DNA of 63,625 nt, filler included. It is 11 parts of 11 records of this genome, joined end to end, with 100 filler letters (N's around TTAATTAATTAA, not from the genome) between each part and the next. Parts side by side here need not be neighbours in the genome. Positions count along the whole stretch, not along the records: positions 1 to 6,331 come from SRR31156797_186996; positions 6,432 to 13,169 come from SRR31156797_188052; 9 more parts are not named here. The stretch is one strand, 5' to 3'. The notes under the pieces are model-generated. The model was not told the origin of the DNA. It did not search any database and worked only from the letters and a program-made list of their open reading frames with translations. A program made the position numbers and the translations under genes. Numbering within the stretch: position 1 is the stretch's first letter; the number at the start of each line of letters is the position of its first letter. Below, piece by piece: positions 1-9,649 of this stretch.

Positions 1-44
1 AGTTTGGAAAGATTGGTCTTGGCTTCATGCATAATTACCTGCAT
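1..44 (-). CDS. Phd/YefM-family antitoxin, N-terminal fragment (runs off window edge)
   Basis: Minus strand reads MQVIMHEAKTNLSKL, the typical Phd/YefM N-terminus (xNMHEAKTxLSxL). RBS AGGAGA lies just upstream (50-55). Not in the ORF track. Confidence 0.7.
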   Translation of the reverse strand, partial: MQVIMHEAKTNLSK

Positions 45-150
45 AGGTTTCTCCTATTATAAAACTAACTAAGAAGTGGACTAAGTCAAATGGAATGAAA
101 ATTTCTTTTCTTTTTTTTGTCATATTTTATACTAATTTCGGAGAGTTTCC

Positions 151-1659
151 ATGAAGATGAAAAAAAGATATTTCGTTCCTGGTTTTCTTTTCCTCCTTTT
201 GGGCCTGACATCCTGCGGACTGTTGGAGAAATCGACAACCACTGTACGGTTTACCCTGCCTGCGGCAGCACTAGGGTCTGTTTCCGGTGGACCGGACGAA
301 GCATCCGGTGCGGCACGGAGCCTGGATGCCGGCGGCGCGAACCTCCTCTACGTCATGGACCTGATGGACAATGGGCGGACTTTCCGGTTTCCGGTTACCG
401 ATCGGAATATGGAGCTCATTCTGGACAAGGACGGGGTCTATCTCTTTTCCCTTCTGAATGTGCCGGAGGTCGGGGGAACGAATGGTACTACAACCACCGG
501 TTCCATCCGGTCTGTCTCCCCTAGGGATATCTCTGGAGCCGTCTCCACCCTCGGGTCCTTACGCATCATCCTCTCCGACCCCCTGCTGACCGGCGGGGCT
601 GAAAGTTTTTCCGGTCTTGATTCCCTGCCTCTGGGGATGGCGGCCGCCGACGAGGTGGAGCTGGGGGCCCTGACCGCCGGTGAGTCGACTTATAATTCCG
701 AACTGACCCTTCAGGAGGTCCTGGGATCCACCGGTCTTCCCTCCGAAGCTCTGGCCCGGATCAGCGATGCCGATGTGAAAAATCACGGGTTTAAGAATCC
801 GGATATCGACGGCAACGGGATCCTGGATGAAGACGAGGGGATTGAATGGCGGTTCTTTCAGCGTATAACGACTTTTATGGGATTCGATTATTATGATTTT
901 GATACGGGAGTCATGAACAGGGATTTCTCCAGTTTGGGGCAGGAGGTTTGGCTGCAGTTTGAAGGGAGTTTTCTGGAGGAAAATATCACGGGAGTAAATC
1001 TCATCGTCCCGGAATCGATCAATCTGCTTTTGAACGGGGAATCTGCCACTGAAGTTGAGGGCTGGGAAGGTTGGCTTTGGTTTCTCGTGCAGGATCACAA
1101 TAACGATGATCAGGTGGTCTCCACTCCCCCCTACAACGGGGATTTCATCCTCCGGGTTCCCGGGACACCGGAGACCGATTATCCGATCAACAATGTGGTC
1201 TTCAATGACAATACTTATGATTTCGACTGAAACCTGGTTCCTCTCCTTCGGATAAACAAGGGGACCGATGGTCTTTACGAATCTGTTGAGATTAAGTGGA
1301 CTGTCGTGGCGGAGGATAACACTGTGCCGGTGAGCCGGGAGTCGGTGGCGGAGTCGGGATTGATCTCTTCAGCCTGGCTGTTCACTTCTGTTGCCCACCC
1401 GGAAAGTCGTCGTGAGTATTTTGAGGGGCTTGGTTATTTTGATGAGAATCAAATCTCTGAGGGTGCTATCACAATCGGGGGAATCTATTCTGCTCTGGAG
1501 GGAACCGTCTATGACATCACCGAACTGGAAGCAACCGATGAAAATATTGGAAGTCATGTTATTCAAGTAATGGATATCAACGGGAATAAATTCCATTACC
1601 ATTTTTTCATCCCGGATGATATTTTCAATTGGGAATATGACCCTTTGGCGGATGACTAA
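151..1659 (+). pseudogene. Lipoprotein of about 502 codons interrupted by one in-frame TGA (1228-1230)
   Basis: Signal peptide with lipobox LTSC; DIDGNGILD Ca-binding-like motif. ORFs 151-1230 and 1306-1659 share a frame and the interval is open (NLVPLLRINKGTDGLYESVEIKWTV). Confidence 0.6.
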
Positions 1660-1668
1660 ATCTGGATC

Positions 1669-2595
1669 CTATCCTCGGAAACTTTTCCGGATTTTTTCAA
1701 AATCTCCCTCAAAAAAGACGCACTCCCTGATGCAGACCGAACACCCCATCGACTTCGTGAAAGGACCGATGCATTTCATATAATCGATGTGCTGTGGGTT
1801 CCCGTCCGGCTGTACAGGTTTTTCCTTATAGATGGCCCCGGCCGGGCATTTGCGGACGCATTTGTTGCACTTTTCACAGTAGTCGCCGATCCAGCCGAAG
1901 AGGTTCTCCCGGGCGGGGGGGAGATTCTCAATAGAGGTGTACACCACCGCCAGCCGCTGACTCGGGCCGGTTTGCGGGGAGATAAGAAGGCCGTGTTTTC
2001 CGATCCAGCCGAGGCCTGCCTCCTGGGCCAGGAGGGGGTAATTTGTGTCACCTCCCAGGGCCGCTCCCGCCTGAGCGGCATACCCGTTCCGACGTAGAAA
2101 GGCAGCCACCTTGTTGGAGGCATCTCCCAGGCGGTCGTAGATCCGCCAGACCTCCTGGCCTGCTTTGATCCCCGGAGCTTCTGCCATCCTCTCTTTGGCC
2201 ATGGGCATGGAAAGTACTATCGCGTGGGAATAGAGGACCGATTTATTCTTAAAGATCTGATCCCCGGAAACCTCGACAAAGCCGACATCATGGCAGCCGA
2301 TGCCTTTGGCATACCCAATCAACTCATCGACAAACCCTTCCTCCACCCGGGTTTTCGGCCGGGAAGGATTGTTTTTCAGGGAGCGGTAACCCTTAAACCG
2401 GCCCGTAACTGCGGGCACCAGCCAGGGGAGGATCCGGGGAAATTTGCGGATATGGTTTTTAGCATCCCCGTATTTAAAGATAAGCTCCGGAACGATAAGT
2501 CCGATACGGGAGCTGGAGCTGCTTTTCAGGAGCGGTGTTCCCGGCGCGACGTAATCCTCAGTGGATTTTTTAAGCATTCTTATGATTGGATTCAT
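1669..2595 (-). CDS. Reductive dehalogenase/epoxyqueuosine reductase superfamily 2x[4Fe-4S] protein (paralog B)
   Basis: AGLGWIGKHGLLISPQTGPSQR cobalamin-region motif; CEKCNKCVRKCP and C...GCSVCIREC clusters. Confidence 0.75.
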   Translation of the reverse strand: MNPIIRMLKKSTEDYVAPGTPLLKSSSSSRIGLIVPELIFKYGDAKNHIRKFPRILPWLVPAVTGRFKGYRSLKNNPSRPKTRVEEGFVDELIGYAKGIGCHDVGFVEVSGDQIFKNKSVLYSHAIVLSMPMAKERMAEAPGIKAGQEVWRIYDRLGDASNKVAAFLRRNGYAAQAGAALGGDTNYPLLAQEAGLGWIGKHGLLISPQTGPSQRLAVVYTSIENLPPARENLFGWIGDYCEKCNKCVRKCPAGAIYKEKPVQPDGNPQHIDYMKCIGPFTKSMGCSVCIRECVFFEGDFEKIRKSFRG

Positions 2596-3242
2596 TTCAC
2601 CTCTCCCGCACCGGGTGCCTTCATAAAGAATTCGGCCACACCGACCTGAATAATTGAAAATTTCATCTTGAGCCGACGGAGTGCTTCCTCCGGTTCGGCT
2701 TCTTTCATCAATACTCCCACAAGCGACTTCCTGAGGGACGAGGAGAGCAGATCCAGTATGATATTCCGGTTTTCATCGGATAAACCTCCCATCCCGGAGT
2801 TTATGAGGAAGTTACTGAAGTAGGGATGTTTAATCGCGGTTTTGCCGATCTCATCGTTGAAAAGGGTGCTTGCCCTGCTGCTTTTTCCAATCTGGTTCAG
2901 GAGCCTCAGGCGGGGAGAGCCCTGGTCAGAATGGCGGAGAATATCCATCTCCCTCTGTCCGATATGGAGGAGAAAATCAAAGACATTGGCGATCCCCTCC
3001 GGTGCCTCTCCGGTCCGGAAATCATCCTCTCCCAGAGCTCGTGTTGTTGCGATCAGATACCTCAGGGCATCTTCCTTGTCTTCGAAATACTGATAGAAGC
3101 TGCCCCGGGGGATTTCCGCCGCTACCACGATATTTTTGATCGAACACTCTTCCAGGGGAACCCGGGTGAACTCTGCGAAGAGGGCATTGTACACCCGGCT
3201 GCGTTTTTCTTCATCCAGATTAAACCAGGTTTCTTTCGGCAT
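2592..3242 (-). CDS. TetR/AcrR family transcriptional regulator
   Basis: MPKETWFNLDEEKR N-terminus and HTH SIKNIVVAAEIPRGSFYQYFEDKED; overlaps both neighbours (translational coupling). Confidence 0.9.
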   Translation of the reverse strand: MPKETWFNLDEEKRSRVYNALFAEFTRVPLEECSIKNIVVAAEIPRGSFYQYFEDKEDALRYLIATTRALGEDDFRTGEAPEGIANVFDFLLHIGQREMDILRHSDQGSPRLRLLNQIGKSSRASTLFNDEIGKTAIKHPYFSNFLINSGMGGLSDENRNIILDLLSSSLRKSLVGVLMKEAEPEEALRRLKMKFSIIQVGVAEFFMKAPGAGEVK

Positions 3243-4273
3243 TACTTTTTCTCCAGTTTTTTATAGAGTCCAGGATTTTGTGAAAAGGGACAGACGGCGA
3301 TACAGATGCCGCAGCCCATATGGGCGGAGAAGGATGTAAAACACTTCTCCCTGTCGAAGGCTTCACAGCGGTTTCTGATCCTCGGATTATTATAATCTAT
3401 GACCGGTTTGGGTTCATCATATATGGCTCCGGTGGGGCAGGAGCGGACGCATTTGCCGCATTTGGAACAGAAACTGTGGATCCAGTCATGAGCCGAGGAA
3501 TCTGTGAATTCGAAAAGAGGCTCTTCGAGAAAGATCGGGGAGATCCGGCATCGGGGACCGAAGGTTTTGGCAATCAGAAGACCGTGTCGACCGATGGCTC
3601 CGAGACCGGCCTTCTCCGCCAGGGGGATGTCATCCACCAGGCCGCCGAGGGGGTGGTTGGCCATACAGTTGATATTGTGGTTTTTCCGCAGCCATCGGGC
3701 GATGTCGTTGGTGGCGGCACCTAGGGAGTTGTAGACGGTGATGACTTCGATCCCCGCCTCCAGTTCCGGTGCTTTTTCGATCGCTTCCTTTTGCATCTCC
3801 TGGGCAAAGACCAGGGCATATTTAAATGGGATTGCCTTTCCTTCAAAAATATACTCCCGGGGCACTTCGGTAAAACCGACGATGACCCTGTGTTTTTCCC
3901 AGGCATATTCGATCAGTTCTTTCCAGAGTTTTGGGTCCTGGGTTTTGGGAGCCACCTTCTGCGGGTCGGTCTCTCCTGTTTCGGCTTCCGCTTTCCGAAG
4001 AAAATCCTCCATATCCGAATAATTCCGGCTTATATAGTTTTTCATGGAGGGCATGATTCGGACGAAGGTTTTCCCGAGCCTCAGCATTCCCCCGAGACCG
4101 TGGCCGTTCACCATGGTCTTCAGCCGGCTTTGTACGGCATAGGGTTTGTTTTTATATTCCGGGGTTGAAAGGTATTCAAACCCCTCCATCACCGATTTGT
4201 CACCGGCAAAATAGAATTTTTCAGGGTTTCTGGATAATCGCTTAATAAATTTAATCTCTGCTCTGCTGGTCAA
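3242..4273 (-). CDS. Reductive dehalogenase/epoxyqueuosine reductase superfamily 2x[4Fe-4S] protein (paralog A)
   Basis: AGLGAIGRHGLLIAKTFGPRCR; CSKCGKCVRSCP and C...GCGICIAVCP; TTG start with AGGAGG RBS. Confidence 0.75.
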   Translation of the reverse strand: MTSRAEIKFIKRLSRNPEKFYFAGDKSVMEGFEYLSTPEYKNKPYAVQSRLKTMVNGHGLGGMLRLGKTFVRIMPSMKNYISRNYSDMEDFLRKAEAETGETDPQKVAPKTQDPKLWKELIEYAWEKHRVIVGFTEVPREYIFEGKAIPFKYALVFAQEMQKEAIEKAPELEAGIEVITVYNSLGAATNDIARWLRKNHNINCMANHPLGGLVDDIPLAEKAGLGAIGRHGLLIAKTFGPRCRISPIFLEEPLFEFTDSSAHDWIHSFCSKCGKCVRSCPTGAIYDEPKPVIDYNNPRIRNRCEAFDREKCFTSFSAHMGCGICIAVCPFSQNPGLYKKLEKK

Positions 4274-4290
4274 CGTGTGCCTCCTGATTT

Positions 4291-4342
4291 ATGACACGTG
4301 TCATGTGTGGGAGAGTGTAATGTGACACGTGTCATTTGTCAA
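4291..4342 (-). promoter_or_regulatory. Sigma70 promoter overlapped by two palindromic operators (probable TetR sites)
   Basis: -35 TTGACA (4342-4337), 17-bp spacer, -10 TACACT (4319-4314). Perfect palindromes ATGACACGTGTCAT (4291-4304) and TGACACGTGTCA (4323-4334). Confidence 0.85.
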
Positions 4343-4420
4343 GGGAGAAACCTCAGATCATCAGGTGGATAATTGAGTTTCCCTTCCTATAGCAGGGGTT
4401 TCATTGTTCGGTTTGAACTG

Positions 4421-5890
4421 CTAATTAAAATGGATATCGATCATAGACAGAAATAATCCTTCTCCGAAATCAGATAGACTTGTCGGTCCACCGGAGCTGT
4501 CGATCTCTATTCGAATGGACTCATCAATATAATTATCCAGGGCGACCAGAAAGGTCGCCGCTCTGGGCCAGGGCCCGGAGGTTCCATCGTACTCTACAAG
4601 TTTTGCGGTCATCACTTCTGCACAGGAGGATAAAATCCCTGCCGCCGGAGAGGGGTAGACCGGATCGTCTGAAGGGTGCATGTCGATGTAGAGTTCCAGG
4701 CTGTCGACCAGACCGGATACAAATTCGTAGTATTTATTGGACCCTGAATCGGCGATCAGGTCGATGGCCGTTGCAAGGCTTTCGGGCAGGAGGGAAAAAA
4801 TCTCTTCCCAGTCACTCTCATGGGCCATATCGGCAATGGCACAAACCCCTTCGGTGAGAATTTGGGCTGCATTATAATAATTATCCCAGCTCCCGTCCTG
4901 CTGATATTCATTGAGCATTTCCATGGCTATTGCCAAAAGGCTATCCATCTGAGTTTCTAAAAGGGATGAGGTCGGTATCATTTCAGACAGAGCCTGCTCC
5001 GCAGCCCAGCTGAAAAGCATACCGGCAGTCCCGTGGACAATGACCTCCTCATCTTCCATAGCATCCAACAAGCCATTGATCCGGGCCTGGGCGATGTCCA
5101 GGTCCGAAATATCGGTGACATAAAATCCGGGATCTCCACCTGGAAGGAGTTCCGGGGGTTCCAGGGGTTCATATATCGGAATTGAGGATGTGTCGAGTCT
5201 CTTAAAAATCATTTCCTCTTGTATTGCTGCAAGCCTGGATGGCGGGATTTCTATTGTTTTAAAAGTATCATGGAGCACATTGGCCATTTGACCGGCCCCC
5301 AGTCTAATCGTTCCCAGGGCGCCATCACTTGACTTTCTGCTATAGTCAACCGCCCCTTCGAGAACAAATGCCTCTTCGTGTCCCCAGCCTGGATTTATGA
5401 CCATCCCAAAATCGGTCCTTGGCTGGGCTGCCCCGCCCCTCTCCTCCGTCAGAAGCTCTGCTACAGCAGGGATCCGGGGAATCAGGGAGGAATAAATGGT
5501 GTAGAAAAGAGCTTCCAGGGCGGATTCCTCAGAAAATTCCTCCTTTTCCGATGCCAGGGTGACGATGGTTTCGGCAGCAGACTGGTAGATACAAAGGTAC
5601 TGGCCTTCCGGGATTTGATCCTCCTCAAGCGTCCACTCTCTGGCGGCTGATTCCGCTTCATTAAGAATTCGGATGACATCTTCGGTGGTAAATCCTGCAA
5701 TGGTGTCCCCGAGTTTAAGGTTCCGGTTGTTATTTTCATTTTCCCCGATACGGCTCAGGAGGGATTCTTCCATTTCATCCAGAAGTGTAGCAGTAAGAAC
5801 AGAAATTGTGCCGCCTTCATCAGGGCCGCAGGAAATGAAAAGGAAAAGGCAGAGTGCAAGGAGCAGGAGAATGGTGGTTGGCTTTCTCAA
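4421..5890 (-). CDS. Acidic lipoprotein, unknown function
   Basis: Signal peptide MRKPTTILLLLALCLFLFISC with lipobox; 489-aa ORF; no recognisable domain. Confidence 0.7.
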   Translation of the reverse strand: MRKPTTILLLLALCLFLFISCGPDEGGTISVLTATLLDEMEESLLSRIGENENNNRNLKLGDTIAGFTTEDVIRILNEAESAAREWTLEEDQIPEGQYLCIYQSAAETIVTLASEKEEFSEESALEALFYTIYSSLIPRIPAVAELLTEERGGAAQPRTDFGMVINPGWGHEEAFVLEGAVDYSRKSSDGALGTIRLGAGQMANVLHDTFKTIEIPPSRLAAIQEEMIFKRLDTSSIPIYEPLEPPELLPGGDPGFYVTDISDLDIAQARINGLLDAMEDEEVIVHGTAGMLFSWAAEQALSEMIPTSSLLETQMDSLLAIAMEMLNEYQQDGSWDNYYNAAQILTEGVCAIADMAHESDWEEIFSLLPESLATAIDLIADSGSNKYYEFVSGLVDSLELYIDMHPSDDPVYPSPAAGILSSCAEVMTAKLVEYDGTSGPWPRAATFLVALDNYIDESIRIEIDSSGGPTSLSDFGEGLFLSMIDIHFN

Positions 5891-5972
5891 TTAAAGGTCC
5901 TCGTTAATGATTAATGTCCAGTTGTAAATAAAGCTTAGTGGATTAAAACCGGGGAAACAAGAAAATCAGTTG

Positions 5973-6009
5973 AAAAAAAAACCGATCCGGCCGAAGGCCT
6001 GATCGGTTT
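5973..6009 (-). terminator. Intrinsic terminator of the FKBP gene
   Basis: Hairpin AAACCGATC-CGGCC-GAA-GGCC-T-GATCGGTTT with a 9-A run on the + strand (U-tract on the - strand). Confidence 0.8.
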
Positions 6010-6034
6010 CTATAAATTAAAAGTAATTCCGGAA

Positions 6035-6331
6035 TTAGAATTCCAGCAGCTCCACCTCGAAGACGAGGAAAGCGTTGGCGGGAATAACTCCCGGGTAGCC
6101 TCGCTCGCCGTATCCCAGCTGGGGAGGAATAATCAGAAGCCGTCTTTCGCCCTTGGTCATGGCCATCAGAGCTTCGTTCCAGCCTTCGATCACCTGACCG
6201 ACATTAAAGGTTGCCGGAGCACCCCTGTCGATTGAGGAGTCGAACTTGGTTCCATCCAGAAGGGTTCCTGTATAATGAACGGTGACAGCCTGGCCCATCT
6301 TGGGAGAGTTTCCACCTTCGCCCTCTTCCAT
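6035..6331 (-). CDS. FKBP-type peptidyl-prolyl isomerase, 5'-truncated by contig end
   Basis: VTVHYTGTLLDGTKFDSS, VIEGWNEAL, GYGERGYPGVIPANAFLVFEVELL. Confidence 0.93.
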   Translation of the reverse strand: MEEGEGGNSPKMGQAVTVHYTGTLLDGTKFDSSIDRGAPATFNVGQVIEGWNEALMAMTKGERRLLIIPPQLGYGERGYPGVIPANAFLVFEVELLEF

Positions 6332-6431
6332 NNNNNNNNNNNNNNNNNNNNNNNNNNNNNNNNNNNNNNNNNNNNTTAATTAATTAANNNNNNNNNNNNN
6401 NNNNNNNNNNNNNNNNNNNNNNNNNNNNNNN
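6332..6431. other. Artificial contig linker (first of ten)
   Basis: N-run/TTAATTAATTAA/N-run, 100 nt, stops in all six frames. Recurs at 13170-13269, 18342-18441, 23516-23615, 29379-29478, 34637-34736, 40603-40702, 45809-45908, 52014-52113 and 57324-57423. Confidence 0.99.
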
Positions 6432-6515
6432 ACCCCCGAAGAGATCGAAAACAACGAGAAGGTCCAGGAAATCTATACCCTGAGCCGAGACGCAAGAGAC
6501 GCCCATCATGCCTGA
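6432..6515 (+). CDS. C-terminal fragment of a LivG-like branched-chain ABC ATPase
   Basis: Reads [15 protein letters not shown]...HHA*, the typical LivG C-terminus; overlaps the start of the LivF-like gene. Confidence 0.65.
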   Translation, partial: TPEEIENNEKVQEIYTLSRDARDAHHA

Positions 6516-8664
6516 ACCGCTGCTGAACATCGAAGGTCTCGACGCCTATTACGGGAAAAGCCATATCCTGCAGGACGTCCATCTGAAGGTCTACCCGGGA
6601 GAACTCATTGTTGTTGTGGGGCGAAACGGCATGGGCAAAACCACTTTATTGAAGTCTATCATGGGACTTCCCCCCCTGATCCGGAAAGGATCCATTTCCT
6701 TAAACGGCTATGAAACCATTTCAATGCCCACCCATGATGTTACAAATCTGGGGATTGGGTATGTCCCCCAGGGGCGCATGCTTTTTCCCTCTTTATCCGT
6801 GGAAGAACACCTTCGGTTTGCCTGGCGCCAGAGTGGTGCCAATGACCGCTGGTCACCGGACACTGTTTTTGATCTCTTTCCCGAATTGAAAAAACGGGCA
6901 GCCATCTCGGGGACCCTTCTCAGTGGGGGGGAGCAGCAAATGCTCGCCGTGGGGCGCGCCCTGGTGACAAACCCGCTGCTTCTCATGATGGACGAACCGT
7001 CGGAAGGGCTCTCCGTCGCGGTCATTCAGCGTGTGGAAGAGATCTGCCGCCATCTCAGTGAAAGCGGTATGTCGATCCTGCTGGTAGAGCAGAATATCGA
7101 TATGGCGCAAAATCTGGCCCAGCGCGCCTATGTGGTCGTCAACGGTCAGGTTGCCCGTGAAGTGGACGCATCCACCCTGGCGGCGGACCGGACAATATTG
7201 CAGCAGTCCCTGGGCGTTTCCACCGGGACACCCGATCAACCGGCCGACGAACCGGAGCGGTCCCAAGAGGAGAGCATCGCCGCAGACACCGATGCCGAAT
7301 CGCTTGCAAAGTCCGTGGTCGGGGCGACCGCACCGACGCTGTGGAGCGGAGCCGGTGTCTCCGAGATGCAGGTTCCGGTAAAACTGCCGTCTGTCTCCTC
7401 GAAACGAAGAATCCCTTCAGCATCACCGCAAATCACCGTGGCCGACACCATCGACCGGGCCGCTTACATCGTAGGGACCTTCGACACCAAAGCCAAGGAT
7501 CTTCTCTTCATCAAATCCTGCCTGGACCGCCAGCGCATTCGGACCATCACGGTGGACCTCTCCACATCCCGAAAACCCTCTCCTGCCGCAGTCAGCCCCA
7601 CCGAAGTCGCCCGGTACCATCCGGACGGCATCGATGCGGTTTTCACCGGTGACCGGGGAACGGCAGTGGGCGGCATGGCGCAGGCATTTACAGGTTTTTT
7701 GGCCCAGCGAAACGACGTTGGCGGCATTATCTCAGCCGGCGGAACAGGAGGTACGGCCCTGGCAACACCGGCCATGCAAAGCCTGCCGGTGGGAATCCCC
7801 AAGGTGATGGTTTCTACGGTCGCCTCGGGAAATGTCAGGCAGTATGTGGGGCCGTCGGATATCTGCATGATCTATTCGGTAACCGATGTGGCCGGTATCA
7901 ACCGCATCTCCGCCAATGTTTTGTCCAACGCCGCCCATGCACTGGCCGGCATGATCGGATTCAAGCAGGAGGAGGACCGGACCCGACTGCCCGCCATCGG
8001 CCTCACCATGTTCGGGGTCACGACCCCTTGCGTGCAGGCGGTCACCCATGCGCTGAAAATGCGCTACGACTGCCTGGTGTTTCACGCAACGGGAACCGGC
8101 GGCCAATCCATGGAAAAACTGGCGGATTCGGGAATGTTGGAGGGGGTCATCGATGTGACCACGACCGAGGTGGCGGATTTTATCGTCGGCGGGGTCATGA
8201 GTGCCGGCGAAGATCGCATGGGGGCCATTATCCGGAGCCGGATCCCTTATGTCGGATCCTGCGGAGCGCTGGATATGGTCAATTTCCAGGCCATGGATAC
8301 GGTCCCCCAACAATTCAAGGGCCGCACCCTCTATGCCCACAACCCGCAGGTTACCCTGATGCGAACCACGCCTGAGGAAAACAGAAAATTCGCACGCTTT
8401 ATCGCCGGCAAACTGAATCAGATGCAGGGCCCCGTCCGCTTTTTACTTCCCCTTAAAGGGGTGTCGCTCATTGATGCCGCCGGCAAACCATTCCACGATC
8501 CGGCCGCCGACCGTGCGCTGTTCGAAACACTGGAGAGCGAATTCCGTCAGGGTCCGGACCGCCGATTGATAAAGCTCGACGTAAACATCAACGACCCGGC
8601 TTTTGCCGAAGCGCTGGCAGATAACTTTCTTGAAATCATCCCTTCCGGTTCAACCGGTCTTTAA
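6508..8664 (+). CDS. LivF-like ABC ATPase fused to a Tm-1-like ATP-binding (UPF0261) domain
   Basis: N-terminus: Walker A GRNGMGKT, signature LSGGEQQ, Walker B LLMMDEP. After an acidic linker, UPF0261 motifs [49 protein letters not shown]. Confidence 0.85.
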   Translation: MPEPLLNIEGLDAYYGKSHILQDVHLKVYPGELIVVVGRNGMGKTTLLKSIMGLPPLIRKGSISLNGYETISMPTHDVTNLGIGYVPQGRMLFPSLSVEEHLRFAWRQSGANDRWSPDTVFDLFPELKKRAAISGTLLSGGEQQMLAVGRALVTNPLLLMMDEPSEGLSVAVIQRVEEICRHLSESGMSILLVEQNIDMAQNLAQRAYVVVNGQVAREVDASTLAADRTILQQSLGVSTGTPDQPADEPERSQEESIAADTDAESLAKSVVGATAPTLWSGAGVSEMQVPVKLPSVSSKRRIPSASPQITVADTIDRAAYIVGTFDTKAKDLLFIKSCLDRQRIRTITVDLSTSRKPSPAAVSPTEVARYHPDGIDAVFTGDRGTAVGGMAQAFTGFLAQRNDVGGIISAGGTGGTALATPAMQSLPVGIPKVMVSTVASGNVRQYVGPSDICMIYSVTDVAGINRISANVLSNAAHALAGMIGFKQEEDRTRLPAIGLTMFGVTTPCVQAVTHALKMRYDCLVFHATGTGGQSMEKLADSGMLEGVIDVTTTEVADFIVGGVMSAGEDRMGAIIRSRIPYVGSCGALDMVNFQAMDTVPQQFKGRTLYAHNPQVTLMRTTPEENRKFARFIAGKLNQMQGPVRFLLPLKGVSLIDAAGKPFHDPAADRALFETLESEFRQGPDRRLIKLDVNINDPAFAEALADNFLEIIPSGSTGL

Positions 8665-8681
8665 AGTAACAGGAGAACGAC

Positions 8682-9515
8682 ATGGCCCGATTCACCCGAC
8701 AACAGATTCTGGATCGACTCAACGCAAAAATTCGCAAAGGAGAGCCCATCATCGGCGGTGGCGCCGGCACCGGGCTCTCCGCCAAATGTGAGGAGGCCGG
8801 TGGTATCGACCTCATCGTCATATACAACTCAGGCCGTTACCGGATGGCCGGACGGGGCTCTTTGGCAGGCCTTATGCCCTATGGCAACGCCAACGAGATC
8901 GTTATGGAGATGGCCCGGGAAGTGCTGCCGGTTACAAAGGACACGCCTGTCCTTGCAGGGGTCAACGGAACGGACCCTTTTTGCATCTTCGACCATTTTC
9001 TTGATGAACTCAAAGCCATCGGGTTTGCAGGGGTCCAGAATTTCCCTACCGTAGGCCTCATCGACGGCAAATTTCGTCAGAACCTGGAGGAAACCGGAAT
9101 GGGGTTCGGTTTGGAGATCGACATGATCCGCATGGCCCATGAAAAAAACATGCTGACCACGCCCTATGTCTTTTCCGAAGCCGATGCCGTGGCCATGACC
9201 GAAGCCGGTGCCGATATCATCGTCTGCCACCTGGGCCTCACCACCGGCGGAAATATCGGAGCCGACACAGCCTTTACCCTGGATGACTGCGTGGATGAGA
9301 TCAACGCCTGGAGCACCGCGGCACTGAAAAAACGCAGAGATGTGATCATCCTTTGCCATGGAGGACCGATCTCCATGCCCGAAGATGCCCAGTACGTTCT
9401 CAAACGATGTCCGCAGTGTAACGGTTTTTACGGCGCTTCCTCCATGGAGCGTCTGCCCACCGAAAAAGCCCTTACCGCGCAGACCCGGACATTTCTCGAT
9501 ATCAAACGCAACTAA
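8682..9515 (+). CDS. TIM-barrel signal transduction / phosphoenolpyruvate hydrolase-like protein (Tm-1 C-terminal domain family)
   Basis: [63 protein letters not shown]. Confidence 0.9.
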   Translation: MARFTRQQILDRLNAKIRKGEPIIGGGAGTGLSAKCEEAGGIDLIVIYNSGRYRMAGRGSLAGLMPYGNANEIVMEMAREVLPVTKDTPVLAGVNGTDPFCIFDHFLDELKAIGFAGVQNFPTVGLIDGKFRQNLEETGMGFGLEIDMIRMAHEKNMLTTPYVFSEADAVAMTEAGADIIVCHLGLTTGGNIGADTAFTLDDCVDEINAWSTAALKKRRDVIILCHGGPISMPEDAQYVLKRCPQCNGFYGASSMERLPTEKALTAQTRTFLDIKRN

Positions 9516-9649
9516 TACCGGTATATTGGCAGTAAGAAAATGTTGTTGGCAAGGATAGAGGGAGAACGCTGTAGAATGAACACCGCGACGACCGAAAACA
9601 CCGGCCAAAAATATTGTCTTGATGCCGAACCAGTAACAGGAGGAGTACC

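Noticed and set aside
1228-1275. Selenocysteine or genetic code 4/25 reading of the in-frame TGA
   Set aside because: No redox motif around the codon, only a weak downstream hairpin, and TGA acts as a stop for the TetR gene on the same contig.
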